Origin: an uncultured cyanobacterium
GTDB taxonomy: Bacteria > Cyanobacteriota > Cyanobacteriia > PCC-6307 > Cyanobiaceae
NCBI GenBank assembly: GCA_963697335.1
Contig: CAVONQ010000002.1
Location: 160,001-224,000, forward strand
Length of the DNA: 64,000 nucleotides
Direction of reading: 5' to 3'
The position numbers and the translations under genes were made by a program. A model generated the notes under the pieces. The model did no database searches, had not been told where the DNA came from, and saw only the letters and a program-made list of their open reading frames with translations. Of the stretch, positions 42,660 to 53,759 are shown in pieces. Numbering within the stretch: the first letter of the stretch is position 1; each line of letters starts with the position of its first letter.

Positions 42660-43668
42660 AGCGCGGCCGATCCTCTACAGCTTCCGCCGCTGTCCCTACG
42701 CGATCCGGGCGCGGCTGGCCCTGGCGGCGGCGGGGCTGGTGCCCGGCGTGGATCTGGAGCTGCGGGAGGTGAGCCTCAAGGTCAAGCCGCCGGAGCTGCT
42801 GGCGGCGTCGGCCAAGGGCACCGTGCCGGTGCTGGTGCAGGGGGAGCAGGTGATCGAGGAGAGCCTGGCGGTGATGGCCTGGGCCCTGGGGCGCCGGGAT
42901 CCCCAGGGCTGGTTGCAGGGCTGGAGCGCAGCCGAGGCCGCCGCCATCGAGGCGCTGATCGCGGAGAACGACGGGCCGTTCAAGTACCACCTGGACCGCT
43001 TCAAGTACGCCGGCCGGTTCGGCGCCGAGGGGGAGCAGGAGAACCATCGCCAGGCGGCCCTGGCCATCCTGCGCCGCTGGAGCCGGCACCTGGAGCCCGG
43101 CGGCTGGCTGCTGGGCGAGCGGCCGTCCCTGGCCGACATGGCCCTGCTGCCGTTTGTGCGCCAGTTCCGCCTGGCTGACCCGCAGCGCTTTGACGCCGAA
43201 CCGAGGCTGCAGCCCCTGCAGGCCTGGCTGGACCGCTTTCTGGCAGGAGCGGAGCTGGCGGCGGTGCTGGATCCGCCCTGGGCGGCCCGCCAGGCCTGGT
43301 GGTCGCCCGGCTGGCTGTATCACCTGGCCCTGGGCCCGGAGTGGCAGGCGGCGCAGGCCGCGGGCGTCTACCGCCGCTCCACCCGCGGCCGCTCGCTGGA
43401 GCAGGTGGGATTCATCCACCTCAGCCAGGCCCACCAGCTGGCGGCCACCCATGGCCGCTTCTATGTCGACCTCGACCCCGCCGAGCTGAAGCTGCTGGTG
43501 CTCGACCCCGCGCGGCTGGCGGCAGCGGGCGCGGTGGTGCGCCTGGAGCCAGCACCGGGCAGCGGTGAGCTGTTCCCCCACCTGCACGGGCCGCTGCCGC
43601 TGGAGGCGGTGCTGGCCGCCTGGCCCTGGCGATCCGAGGATGGCCCAACCCAGAGCTCACGATGGTGA
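42652..43668 (+). CDS. glutathione S-transferase fused to a C-terminal DUF952 domain
   Basis: YSFRRCPYAIRAR, KGTVPVL, ESL, FKYHLDRFKY, LADMALLPFVRQF, then in the same frame YRRSTRGRSLEQVGFIHLS...FPHLHGPLP. Confidence 0.85.
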   Translation: MAEARPILYSFRRCPYAIRARLALAAAGLVPGVDLELREVSLKVKPPELLAASAKGTVPVLVQGEQVIEESLAVMAWALGRRDPQGWLQGWSAAEAAAIEALIAENDGPFKYHLDRFKYAGRFGAEGEQENHRQAALAILRRWSRHLEPGGWLLGERPSLADMALLPFVRQFRLADPQRFDAEPRLQPLQAWLDRFLAGAELAAVLDPPWAARQAWWSPGWLYHLALGPEWQAAQAAGVYRRSTRGRSLEQVGFIHLSQAHQLAATHGRFYVDLDPAELKLLVLDPARLAAAGAVVRLEPAPGSGELFPHLHGPLPLEAVLAAWPWRSEDGPTQSSRW

Positions 43669-44696
43669 ACCCCTCCCGAGGTCCGGAACGGCTGGTGCGC
43701 GCCGGCCAGTGGCTGATCGCCCTGCTGTTCGCCTACTTCCTGATCCAGGTGGGCGGGGCGCTGATCGCCGACCTGCCCCTGCTCTCCAGAGCGCCCCAGC
43801 TCGAGCAGTTCCTCGACCAGCCTCGCCGGGCTGCGCTGGAGGCCGAGCTGCAACCACTTGAGAGCCGCCGCGAGGCGCTGCAGGAGCAGGCCGAGCGCCT
43901 GGGTGAGCGCCAGCAGCAGGCCCAGGCCCGCTACGAGCGCGAGAAGGCCAGCTTCGACAACTGGCGCTCCACCCGCTCGGCCACGGCCCAGTCCGACCAG
44001 AACCCGGAGGTGATCGCCCGGGCGCGCCAGCTCGATGGGCTGCTGCAGCAGCAACAGCAGCTCAGCGGCGAGCAGGCGGCGCTGACGGCCCGCTTGCGGG
44101 CGCTGCAGGCCTCGATCGCGGTGCCCCAGCAGCAACTCCAGCAGCTGCAGTCCGAGGCCCAGGGGCGCTTCCAGGCGGCCCGGCAGCGGGCGGAACTGCG
44201 GGCCTTCGGCATCCGGCTGTTGCTGGTGGGGCCGCTGCTGGGGCTGTCGCTGTGGCAGTTCCGCCGCTTCCGCCGCAGCGACCAGTGGCCCTTCGTGTGG
44301 GGCTTCCTGCTGTTCGGCCTGTTCGCCTTCTTCGTGGAGCTGGTGCCCTACCTGCCCAGCTTCGGCGCCTACATCCGCTACGGCGTGGGTGCCCTGCTCA
44401 CCTTCCTGGTGGGCCGGGCCCTGATCCGCTGGCTGAATGGCTACCTGGCGCGCAAGCAGCAGGAGCAGGCGGCGCCGCAGGAGCAGCGCCAGCACACGAT
44501 CCGCTACGAGAAGGCCCTGCAGTCCCTGGCGCGCAGCCAGTGCCCCAGCTGCGAGCGCAGCCTGCCGCGGCGGGAGGGCGTGCTGCCCAACTACTGCATG
44601 CACTGCGGCTTGCAGCTGCAGCACGACTGCAGCCAGTGCGGCGCGCTCCATTACGCCTGCTTCCCCTACTGCCCCAGCTGCGGCAAGCCGGCGTAA
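43662..44696 (+). CDS. membrane protein with coiled coil and C-terminal double zinc ribbon
   Basis: TM helix, long Gln/Glu-rich helix, 3 TM helices, then CPSC, CMHC, CSQC, CPSC. Confidence 0.82.
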   Translation: MVNPSRGPERLVRAGQWLIALLFAYFLIQVGGALIADLPLLSRAPQLEQFLDQPRRAALEAELQPLESRREALQEQAERLGERQQQAQARYEREKASFDNWRSTRSATAQSDQNPEVIARARQLDGLLQQQQQLSGEQAALTARLRALQASIAVPQQQLQQLQSEAQGRFQAARQRAELRAFGIRLLLVGPLLGLSLWQFRRFRRSDQWPFVWGFLLFGLFAFFVELVPYLPSFGAYIRYGVGALLTFLVGRALIRWLNGYLARKQQEQAAPQEQRQHTIRYEKALQSLARSQCPSCERSLPRREGVLPNYCMHCGLQLQHDCSQCGALHYACFPYCPSCGKPA

Positions 44697-45223
44697 TGGA
44701 GCCCGCCCTGCCGAGCCTGGCCCAGCTGGAAGCACAGGCCCGTCAGCGCGGCCTGTTGCTGCGGCTGCAGGTGGGGCGCCTGGCTGCGCTGGGCTGGAGC
44801 TTGCGGGTGGGGGTGGCCCGGCGCCAGGCTGGGGGCGGCCAGGAGGGGCCGCTGGTGCTGCTGGGGGAGCTGAAGGGCTGGGCATTGCCCACGGCCGCTG
44901 GCCTGCGGCTCGACACGATGCGGGTGCAGGGGGAGGACAGCGACGCAGTGGGGGCGCTGATCTGGGCAGCCACCTTCGCCTGGGCCCTGGAGGCCACCCC
45001 CTGCCGCCGGGCGCGGCTGCTGGCGATTCGCGATGACGACCGCCAGCACCGGCGCCTGGTGCGCTACTTCCGCCAGCTGGGCTTTGAGCCCCTGCAGGAG
45101 CTTGGCTCGGGCGTCGCCGACCTGCCGGCCCGTCTGGTGTGGGGCGGCGCCGGTCTGCTGATGCTGGGCGACTGCGCCGAGGGGCTGCGGCGCAGCGTCC
45201 GGCGGCTGGAGCGGCGGCGATGA
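44696..45223 (+). CDS. conserved hypothetical protein (GNAT-like)
   Basis: TAATG stop/start coupling; GELKGWA, LDTMRV, LLAIRDD..QH.RLVRYF..LGF, RLVWGG. Confidence 0.72.
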   Translation: MEPALPSLAQLEAQARQRGLLLRLQVGRLAALGWSLRVGVARRQAGGGQEGPLVLLGELKGWALPTAAGLRLDTMRVQGEDSDAVGALIWAATFAWALEATPCRRARLLAIRDDDRQHRRLVRYFRQLGFEPLQELGSGVADLPARLVWGGAGLLMLGDCAEGLRRSVRRLERRR

Positions 45224-45233
45224 CACCAGGGCT

Positions 45234-45809
45234 GGCCTGACCCTGCTGATGGAGGGGACGCTGAAGGCGGGCGATCTCCTTCCGCTCCAACGTGATCCGC
45301 ACCGTCCAGGGCTCGGAGATCGTGCTGCCCAACGCCATGATTACCGCCACCCCGGTGCACTACATCCATTACCTGAACTCCCAGGGGCGTGTGGATCTGG
45401 CGGTGCGGGTGAAGCACGGTGAGATCCGCTGCTGGTCACCAAGGCGCTGCTGAAGGTGGCTTTGGAGGGGCTGGGGGTGCTGGCTGACCCCGCCCCCAAG
45501 GTGGTGCAGCACCAGATCGGCCGCGATTCAGATCCAGCTGTAGCTGCTCAGTGCCATTCACGAAGCTGAGCGCATCAGCCTCCGGTTGTTCAGCTTGGGC
45601 CGCGGTGAGTTCTTCGGCGAACTGCTTCTGCACGCGCCCTGCCCACTGCCAGGTGGGTGCAGGAAGATGCCGTGCTGTTCGAAATCCCGATCGGCCAAGT
45701 GCGCCTGCTGCTGGAGAGCCGGCCCGACTTTGCCGAGATCGCGCTCCAGGCCCTGGCTCGCCGGGGCGATGTGTTTTTGAGCTACGAGAGCTGCCTGCGC
45801 GAGCGGTGA
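45234..45809 (+). pseudogene. decayed MscS-family mechanosensitive channel with cyclic-nucleotide-binding domain
   Basis: Consecutive peptides in shifting frames: GLTLLMEGTLKAGD / ISFRSNVIRTVQGSEIVLPN..GRVDLAVRVKHG / DPLLVTKALLKVA..VLADPAPKV / LFSLGRGEFFGEL / EDAVLFEIP..LLESRPDFAE. Several frameshifts and deletions; TM region absent. Confidence 0.75.
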
Positions 45810-45901
45810 GCGGGAGTTAGGCCATCCTTGGAGTTGTGCGATGGCTGCATCAGAAAGACGCACAAGTGCAATAAGAGTGCACAATTGATGCCGGGCGCAA
45901 G

Positions 45902-47809
45902 CTGCTTAGGTGTAACTTTGAAGATGATCCTGGCGACCAAGCCCGCATTGATGCGGCGTTAAAGCTTCGGAATCAGGAAGCGCTTGAGGCGTCAAAACGC
46001 GCTACAGAGCGCGCAAAGAACGGGCCACTGCACCGCCCCAACAACGACGAAGCGTTGCTGAAAGGCGCTTCCTGGGCGATGAGCTTCACCAAGGGTCTCA
46101 CGCACACCCAAGAACTTGGCCTGGTTGCCGACAATGCCTATGCCCAGCAATTGCGTGACGCCATCTGCGGCGGTGCGATAGCTGCGTTTACCAACGATGT
46201 GGTCGTCCCTACCCTGGAACATGGCCGGCGGAAGTGGGAAGCGCCCACCGCGGGCTTTGTTTTCGAGCTGCAAGGTCCTGATGCTCAGGCAGTCACAATG
46301 CCCCCAGCACCGGCACTTAATCGCGTAGACGGCAGCTTTGATGAGCTGGCCTTTGAGATGGCTGAGGTCTATGAGCTTGCGCTCTTGCGCGATGTGCCGT
46401 TCTCAGCCTTCCAGAGGGGCAGTACAGAAGCCCGAGTGGCCAGCGCAATTGACCGACTTAATTCTCTTCCCTACGCGAAACACGGTTTGCCATTCGGCCT
46501 CCCGGATCCTGTCAATGGGAGCCCCCGTCCGCGTCAATCAGAGGGTGGCAGGCTTACTGCGCAGAAGGCTTTCCGTGGATCTAGCTATGGCGTGGATCAT
46601 GGCCCCTATTTGTCCCAGTTCATGCTGATCGGTAGCTCTGAGGGACCGAGTACGCCGCTTGAGGATCAGGGACAAATCGCGTTCGGCAATCAGTTCATCG
46701 ATCAGCGTGTGCGTAATACGACTCTGAAGGACTGGATGATCAAGTGGAAGGACTGGCTCGCGGTGCAGCAAGGGGCCGACGTCCGTTTCAACGCCACGCT
46801 CTTCGCGCCAGGCAAGCGTTTCATCCATACGCCGCGTGATCTCGCCACCTATGTTCACGATGACGCTCTCTATCAGGCCTATTTGAATGCTTGTCTGATC
46901 TTGCTGAGCATGCGCGCTCCATTCGATCCAGGATTCGCCGAGCTTGCTGGTGGAGAAATCGACGGGAAGAGTAATAATTCAACAGGCTTTGCCCTGTTTG
47001 GTGCTCCGCACATCCTGAGCCTGGTTACCGAGGTTGCGACCCGCGGCCTGAAGGCCGTGCGCTTCCAGAAGTTTCAGAACCATCTGCGGCTGCGGCCGGA
47101 GGCGCTGGCCGGACGTTTAGCGCGCGCTGATCAAATCGAGACGTTGCCGCAGGTCCAGTGCATCGATGCCATCAGAGGTCAATTCAAGGCAATGGCATCT
47201 CAGCTCGCACCAGTTATGGGCGAGATCCGAGCTCACAATCTCAGCATGGGTGGCGAGGATGAGCCGCTCCTACCCATGGCCTTCCAGGAGGGATCACCGA
47301 TGCACCCCGCCTATGGCGCGGGGCACGCAACGGTTGCCGGTGCGTGTGTGTCGGTGCTGAAGGCTTTCTTTAACACCAGCGCTGAGTTGCGCTGGGTGAA
47401 CGGCAGTGTGCGGTTCTTAGATCCAAGCGATATCAAGGAGAAGAACTGTGGAATCCCTGTGCAGTTCGTTACTGCGGACGGTGGTGCGCGGCTGGAGATG
47501 CAGCAAGTGGAGAAACCGTTGACACTCCTCGGTGAACTCAACAAGCTGGCGGCCAACATTTCTATCGGTCGCAATATGGCCGGCGTCCACTACTTCTCTG
47601 ATTACTACGACAGTCTGCGGATGGGAGAGGAAATTGCAGTAGGCATCCTAGAAGAACAGGCCCATCTCTACCCTGCTAAAGGGGGCGAAGATAGTTTTGA
47701 GATGTCCCTTGTTCCCTACGATGCACCCTCGCCGAGGCACGAGATTAGATTGGTCAAGGGTTCTCGAATCACCAAGAGCATGCTTCGTAATCCGCCAAAG
47801 GTTAGCTGA
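45902..47809 (+). CDS. vanadium-dependent haloperoxidase
   Basis: KAVRFQKFQNHLRLRPE, EGSPMHPAYGAGHATVAG and GRNMAGVHYFSD vanadate-binding motifs; SFTKGL near the N-terminus. Frame is open from 45875; the first canonical start is TTG 46055, so the true start is uncertain. Confidence 0.92.
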   Translation: MLRCNFEDDPGDQARIDAALKLRNQEALEASKRATERAKNGPLHRPNNDEALLKGASWAMSFTKGLTHTQELGLVADNAYAQQLRDAICGGAIAAFTNDVVVPTLEHGRRKWEAPTAGFVFELQGPDAQAVTMPPAPALNRVDGSFDELAFEMAEVYELALLRDVPFSAFQRGSTEARVASAIDRLNSLPYAKHGLPFGLPDPVNGSPRPRQSEGGRLTAQKAFRGSSYGVDHGPYLSQFMLIGSSEGPSTPLEDQGQIAFGNQFIDQRVRNTTLKDWMIKWKDWLAVQQGADVRFNATLFAPGKRFIHTPRDLATYVHDDALYQAYLNACLILLSMRAPFDPGFAELAGGEIDGKSNNSTGFALFGAPHILSLVTEVATRGLKAVRFQKFQNHLRLRPEALAGRLARADQIETLPQVQCIDAIRGQFKAMASQLAPVMGEIRAHNLSMGGEDEPLLPMAFQEGSPMHPAYGAGHATVAGACVSVLKAFFNTSAELRWVNGSVRFLDPSDIKEKNCGIPVQFVTADGGARLEMQQVEKPLTLLGELNKLAANISIGRNMAGVHYFSDYYDSLRMGEEIAVGILEEQAHLYPAKGGEDSFEMSLVPYDAPSPRHEIRLVKGSRITKSMLRNPPKVS

Positions 47810-47998
47810 AAGATATCTCTGGTCCGTGATGCTCTGTCAGCGTTAAAGTTGTCAGGTGGTTGTGATCTGTCTGGCCTGACCACTCGCCAGCTCGCATAGC
47901 GTTTGGACCGCTGATAGAGAGCACGTCAATTCCGCCATCGCTTACTTTTAAGAAATGTCGACCCGATCCAATCACTTACGGGTTTACTGCTAGCAAGT

Positions 47999-49459
47999 AT
48001 GGCGAGACGACCGAACGTTATGGGCATTCCTCTGGTTCTGATTCATGGCTACTCCGATAGTAGTGATGGCTTTGAAGAATGGCGCATGGCGCTTGTTGCG
48101 AAGCGTGGTCTGAAAAGCAAAGACGTTCATGTGGTCAACTATGTCTCTCTTTCTGACGAAGTTGCGATCGGCGATATTGCTGAGGGTTTAGATCTTGCGC
48201 TGCGCGACCAAGCGCACCTGGGCAAGGATGACCCATTTGATGCCATTGTGCATTCCACCGGAATGTTGGTGATTCGCGCCTGGTTGTCGCGCTACAGCTC
48301 CATGAGCCGTCCTGGGCGCTTGCGCCATCTGATTGCCTTGGCTCCCGCTACCAATGGATCGCCAGTGGCCCACAAGGGGAGGAGCTGGCTTGGCGCGATG
48401 GTGAAGGGAAGCAAGAAGTGGAATGGCCCGGATTTTATGGAAGCCGGCAATGAGGTGCTGCACGCGTTGGAGCTGGGTAGCCCCTTCACCTGGCAATTGG
48501 CAGAGAAAGACCTATTTGGCGATGGCAATACCGCCAGATTTGAGAAAGGAGAGAAAAGTCCCTTCGTGTTCACACTTTGTGGCGACAAGGATCTTGGCCG
48601 GCTGGCAAATCTCGCCACCAAAGCTGTGGGAACGAAGATCAGAGGGTCCGACGGGGTGGTGCGCTGGGCAGGCGCCGCCCTCAACTCACGGCGCCTGTTG
48701 GTGGACTTCACCGACCCCTCAGGCATGGACAAGGAAGCCGGCCGCACACAAGCATCGATTTCAGACTGGAGTAACCAGAACAATATCCTGGTGCTGTGGC
48801 CTGGATTGAACCACGGCACGATCATGCAGCCCGATCAGGATGCTCGCCTTCTGAACCTTGTGTCGGACGCTCTGGACGTTCAAGACAATGATTCGTTTGA
48901 GGAATGGAATCAACAGGCTATCGAGAAGGCAGCGGAGGCCCGTGGCCGGGAGCTACCGCCGGAGCCTTGGCAGCAGTTCGTCATACGGGTAGTCGATGAA
49001 CGCGGTGATGGCGTCAATGACTGGACCATGGGTCTGAGCATTCAGAAGAAGGGGGAGCGATCGGTGGAGGCTGTGGAGCTGGATGATCTCCACCCCTGTG
49101 AGCGGGATAAAAGCTATCGTTGCCTTCATGTGAACCTCCGTGAGGCAGGCTTGGAGACACCAGAGGAGCTTGCCAAGATTAAACTATTCCAGATGGTGCT
49201 GTTTATGAATACCAAATCAACCTATACAGTCTATGAGGCCAGCAAGGCAGACAACACGAAGCTGTGGAAAGACATCGGGAAGGGGACTTCGGAGCTCACC
49301 ATCGACCTGACAAAGTGGCTTGCACCGAATGATGACAACTTTGTTCTACCGATGGCATTTACCACGACCTACATTGAGTTTCGCGTCAATCGAGAGCCTT
49401 CTGTTCGGCTTGATGGTGCCGCTAGGATCTGCCATATTCAGCCCCCTAAATCTCATTAG
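47999..49459 (+). CDS. lipase/esterase-like alpha/beta hydrolase with C-terminal extra domain
   Basis: LIHGYSD oxyanion segment, IVHSTG nucleophile elbow, LAPATNGSP, SDGVV (Asp), LNHGTI (His). Start is ATG 47999 or 48020. Confidence 0.82.
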   Translation: MARRPNVMGIPLVLIHGYSDSSDGFEEWRMALVAKRGLKSKDVHVVNYVSLSDEVAIGDIAEGLDLALRDQAHLGKDDPFDAIVHSTGMLVIRAWLSRYSSMSRPGRLRHLIALAPATNGSPVAHKGRSWLGAMVKGSKKWNGPDFMEAGNEVLHALELGSPFTWQLAEKDLFGDGNTARFEKGEKSPFVFTLCGDKDLGRLANLATKAVGTKIRGSDGVVRWAGAALNSRRLLVDFTDPSGMDKEAGRTQASISDWSNQNNILVLWPGLNHGTIMQPDQDARLLNLVSDALDVQDNDSFEEWNQQAIEKAAEARGRELPPEPWQQFVIRVVDERGDGVNDWTMGLSIQKKGERSVEAVELDDLHPCERDKSYRCLHVNLREAGLETPEELAKIKLFQMVLFMNTKSTYTVYEASKADNTKLWKDIGKGTSELTIDLTKWLAPNDDNFVLPMAFTTTYIEFRVNREPSVRLDGAARICHIQPPKSH

Positions 49460-49699
49460 AGTTTCGCTTTGGTGGCCTATGCCAACCCGGTGTCTAACTG
49501 TACGTGGAGCTATCCAGGCCTGGCGTTCAGAAGGGGGTCTTGATCAGACTTCATCCATTAAACATTAAATCCTTCCCACTCCTCTGGGCTCAACACACAG
49601 TTCAGCGGCTTTGCGGTGAAGGAATGCGTTAGTCCTGATGGACAGCCAGCTCAGCTTCCCTGTTCTGTAGCCCCACCCAGAAGCCCGTAAGCCTTGTAA

Positions 49700-52760
<3,061 letters not shown>

Positions 52761-52859
52761 CGCGCTGGTGCCCCGCCATCATCCCCATCAGCACCCCGTG
52801 GCCAGCCAGCACCGGGGCCTGCAGGGCAGTGTCACACTGGCGTCCTGCTGGCGTCCCCC

Positions 52860-53015
52860 ATGGCCGAGACGAACTCCGACTCCTCCCTGAAATCGCGCCT
52901 GATCAGTGCCCTGGTGGTGCTTGGCGTGCTGGCTGGCCTGGCCGTGGTGGTGTGGTCCACCGTTGTGATGCTCGATCTCAAGCACCTCAACACCTCCGGC
53001 TTCACGCTGCCCTGA
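52860..53015 (+). CDS. small single-TM membrane protein (51 aa)
   Basis: MAETNSDSSLKSRLISALVVLGVLAGLAVVVWSTVVMLDLKHLNTSGFTLP; host-like codons; fills the intergenic gap. Confidence 0.6.
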   Translation: MAETNSDSSLKSRLISALVVLGVLAGLAVVVWSTVVMLDLKHLNTSGFTLP

Positions 53016-53071
53016 AGGCCCCTGGTCCCTAAGTTGCCCCCAGCAACCGCCTTTCAGGCAGCCAGATCCCC

Positions 53072-53677
53072 ATGGATGTGTTCGAGGCCATCGTCAGCCG
53101 ACGCGCCGTCAAGCAGTTCGATCCCAGCCACCGGCTGACGCCTGCGGAGGAGCGCCGCCTCCTGGAGGCCACCATCCAGGCCCCCACCAGCTTCAACATC
53201 CAGCACTGGCGCTTTGTGATCCTGCGGGATCCCGAGCTGCGCGCCCGCATCCGCACCGAGCTGGGCAACGACCAGGCCCAGATCACAGACGCCTCCCTGC
53301 TGGTGCTGTTCACGGCCGACACCAGGGCCTTCGCCAAGAACCCCGAGCGCTACTGGGCCAACGCCCCCAAGGAGGTGGCCGAGTTGCTGGTGGGCTGGAT
53401 GGGCCCCTTCCACGAAGGACGCGAGTGGCTGCAGCGCGATGAGGCCCAGCGCTCGATCGGCATGGCGATGCAGACCATGATGCTGGCCGCCACCGGCATG
53501 GGCTATCAGAGCTGCCCGATGATCGGCTTCGAGATCGAACAGCTGGCCCAGCTGATCCAGCTGCCTTCCGACCATGTGATGGGCCCGCTGGTGGCCATCG
53601 GCAAGGGCACCAAGGAGCCCTGGCCCAAGCCCGGTCAGGTGCCTCTGGAGGAGCTGGTGGTGGAGAACCACTTCTAA
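53072..53677 (+). CDS. nitroreductase family protein
   Basis: AIVSRRAVK, APTSFNIQHWRF, GYQSCPMIGF, VAIGK. Confidence 0.92.
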   Translation: MDVFEAIVSRRAVKQFDPSHRLTPAEERRLLEATIQAPTSFNIQHWRFVILRDPELRARIRTELGNDQAQITDASLLVLFTADTRAFAKNPERYWANAPKEVAELLVGWMGPFHEGREWLQRDEAQRSIGMAMQTMMLAATGMGYQSCPMIGFEIEQLAQLIQLPSDHVMGPLVAIGKGTKEPWPKPGQVPLEELVVENHF

Positions 53678-53759
53678 GCACTTCGATTTTGAGTGAATCA
53701 GGGGGCTACTTGTCCGTGCTAGGCTGAGTAAATAATTAGGAAAAGTGTGCGGTTAATTT

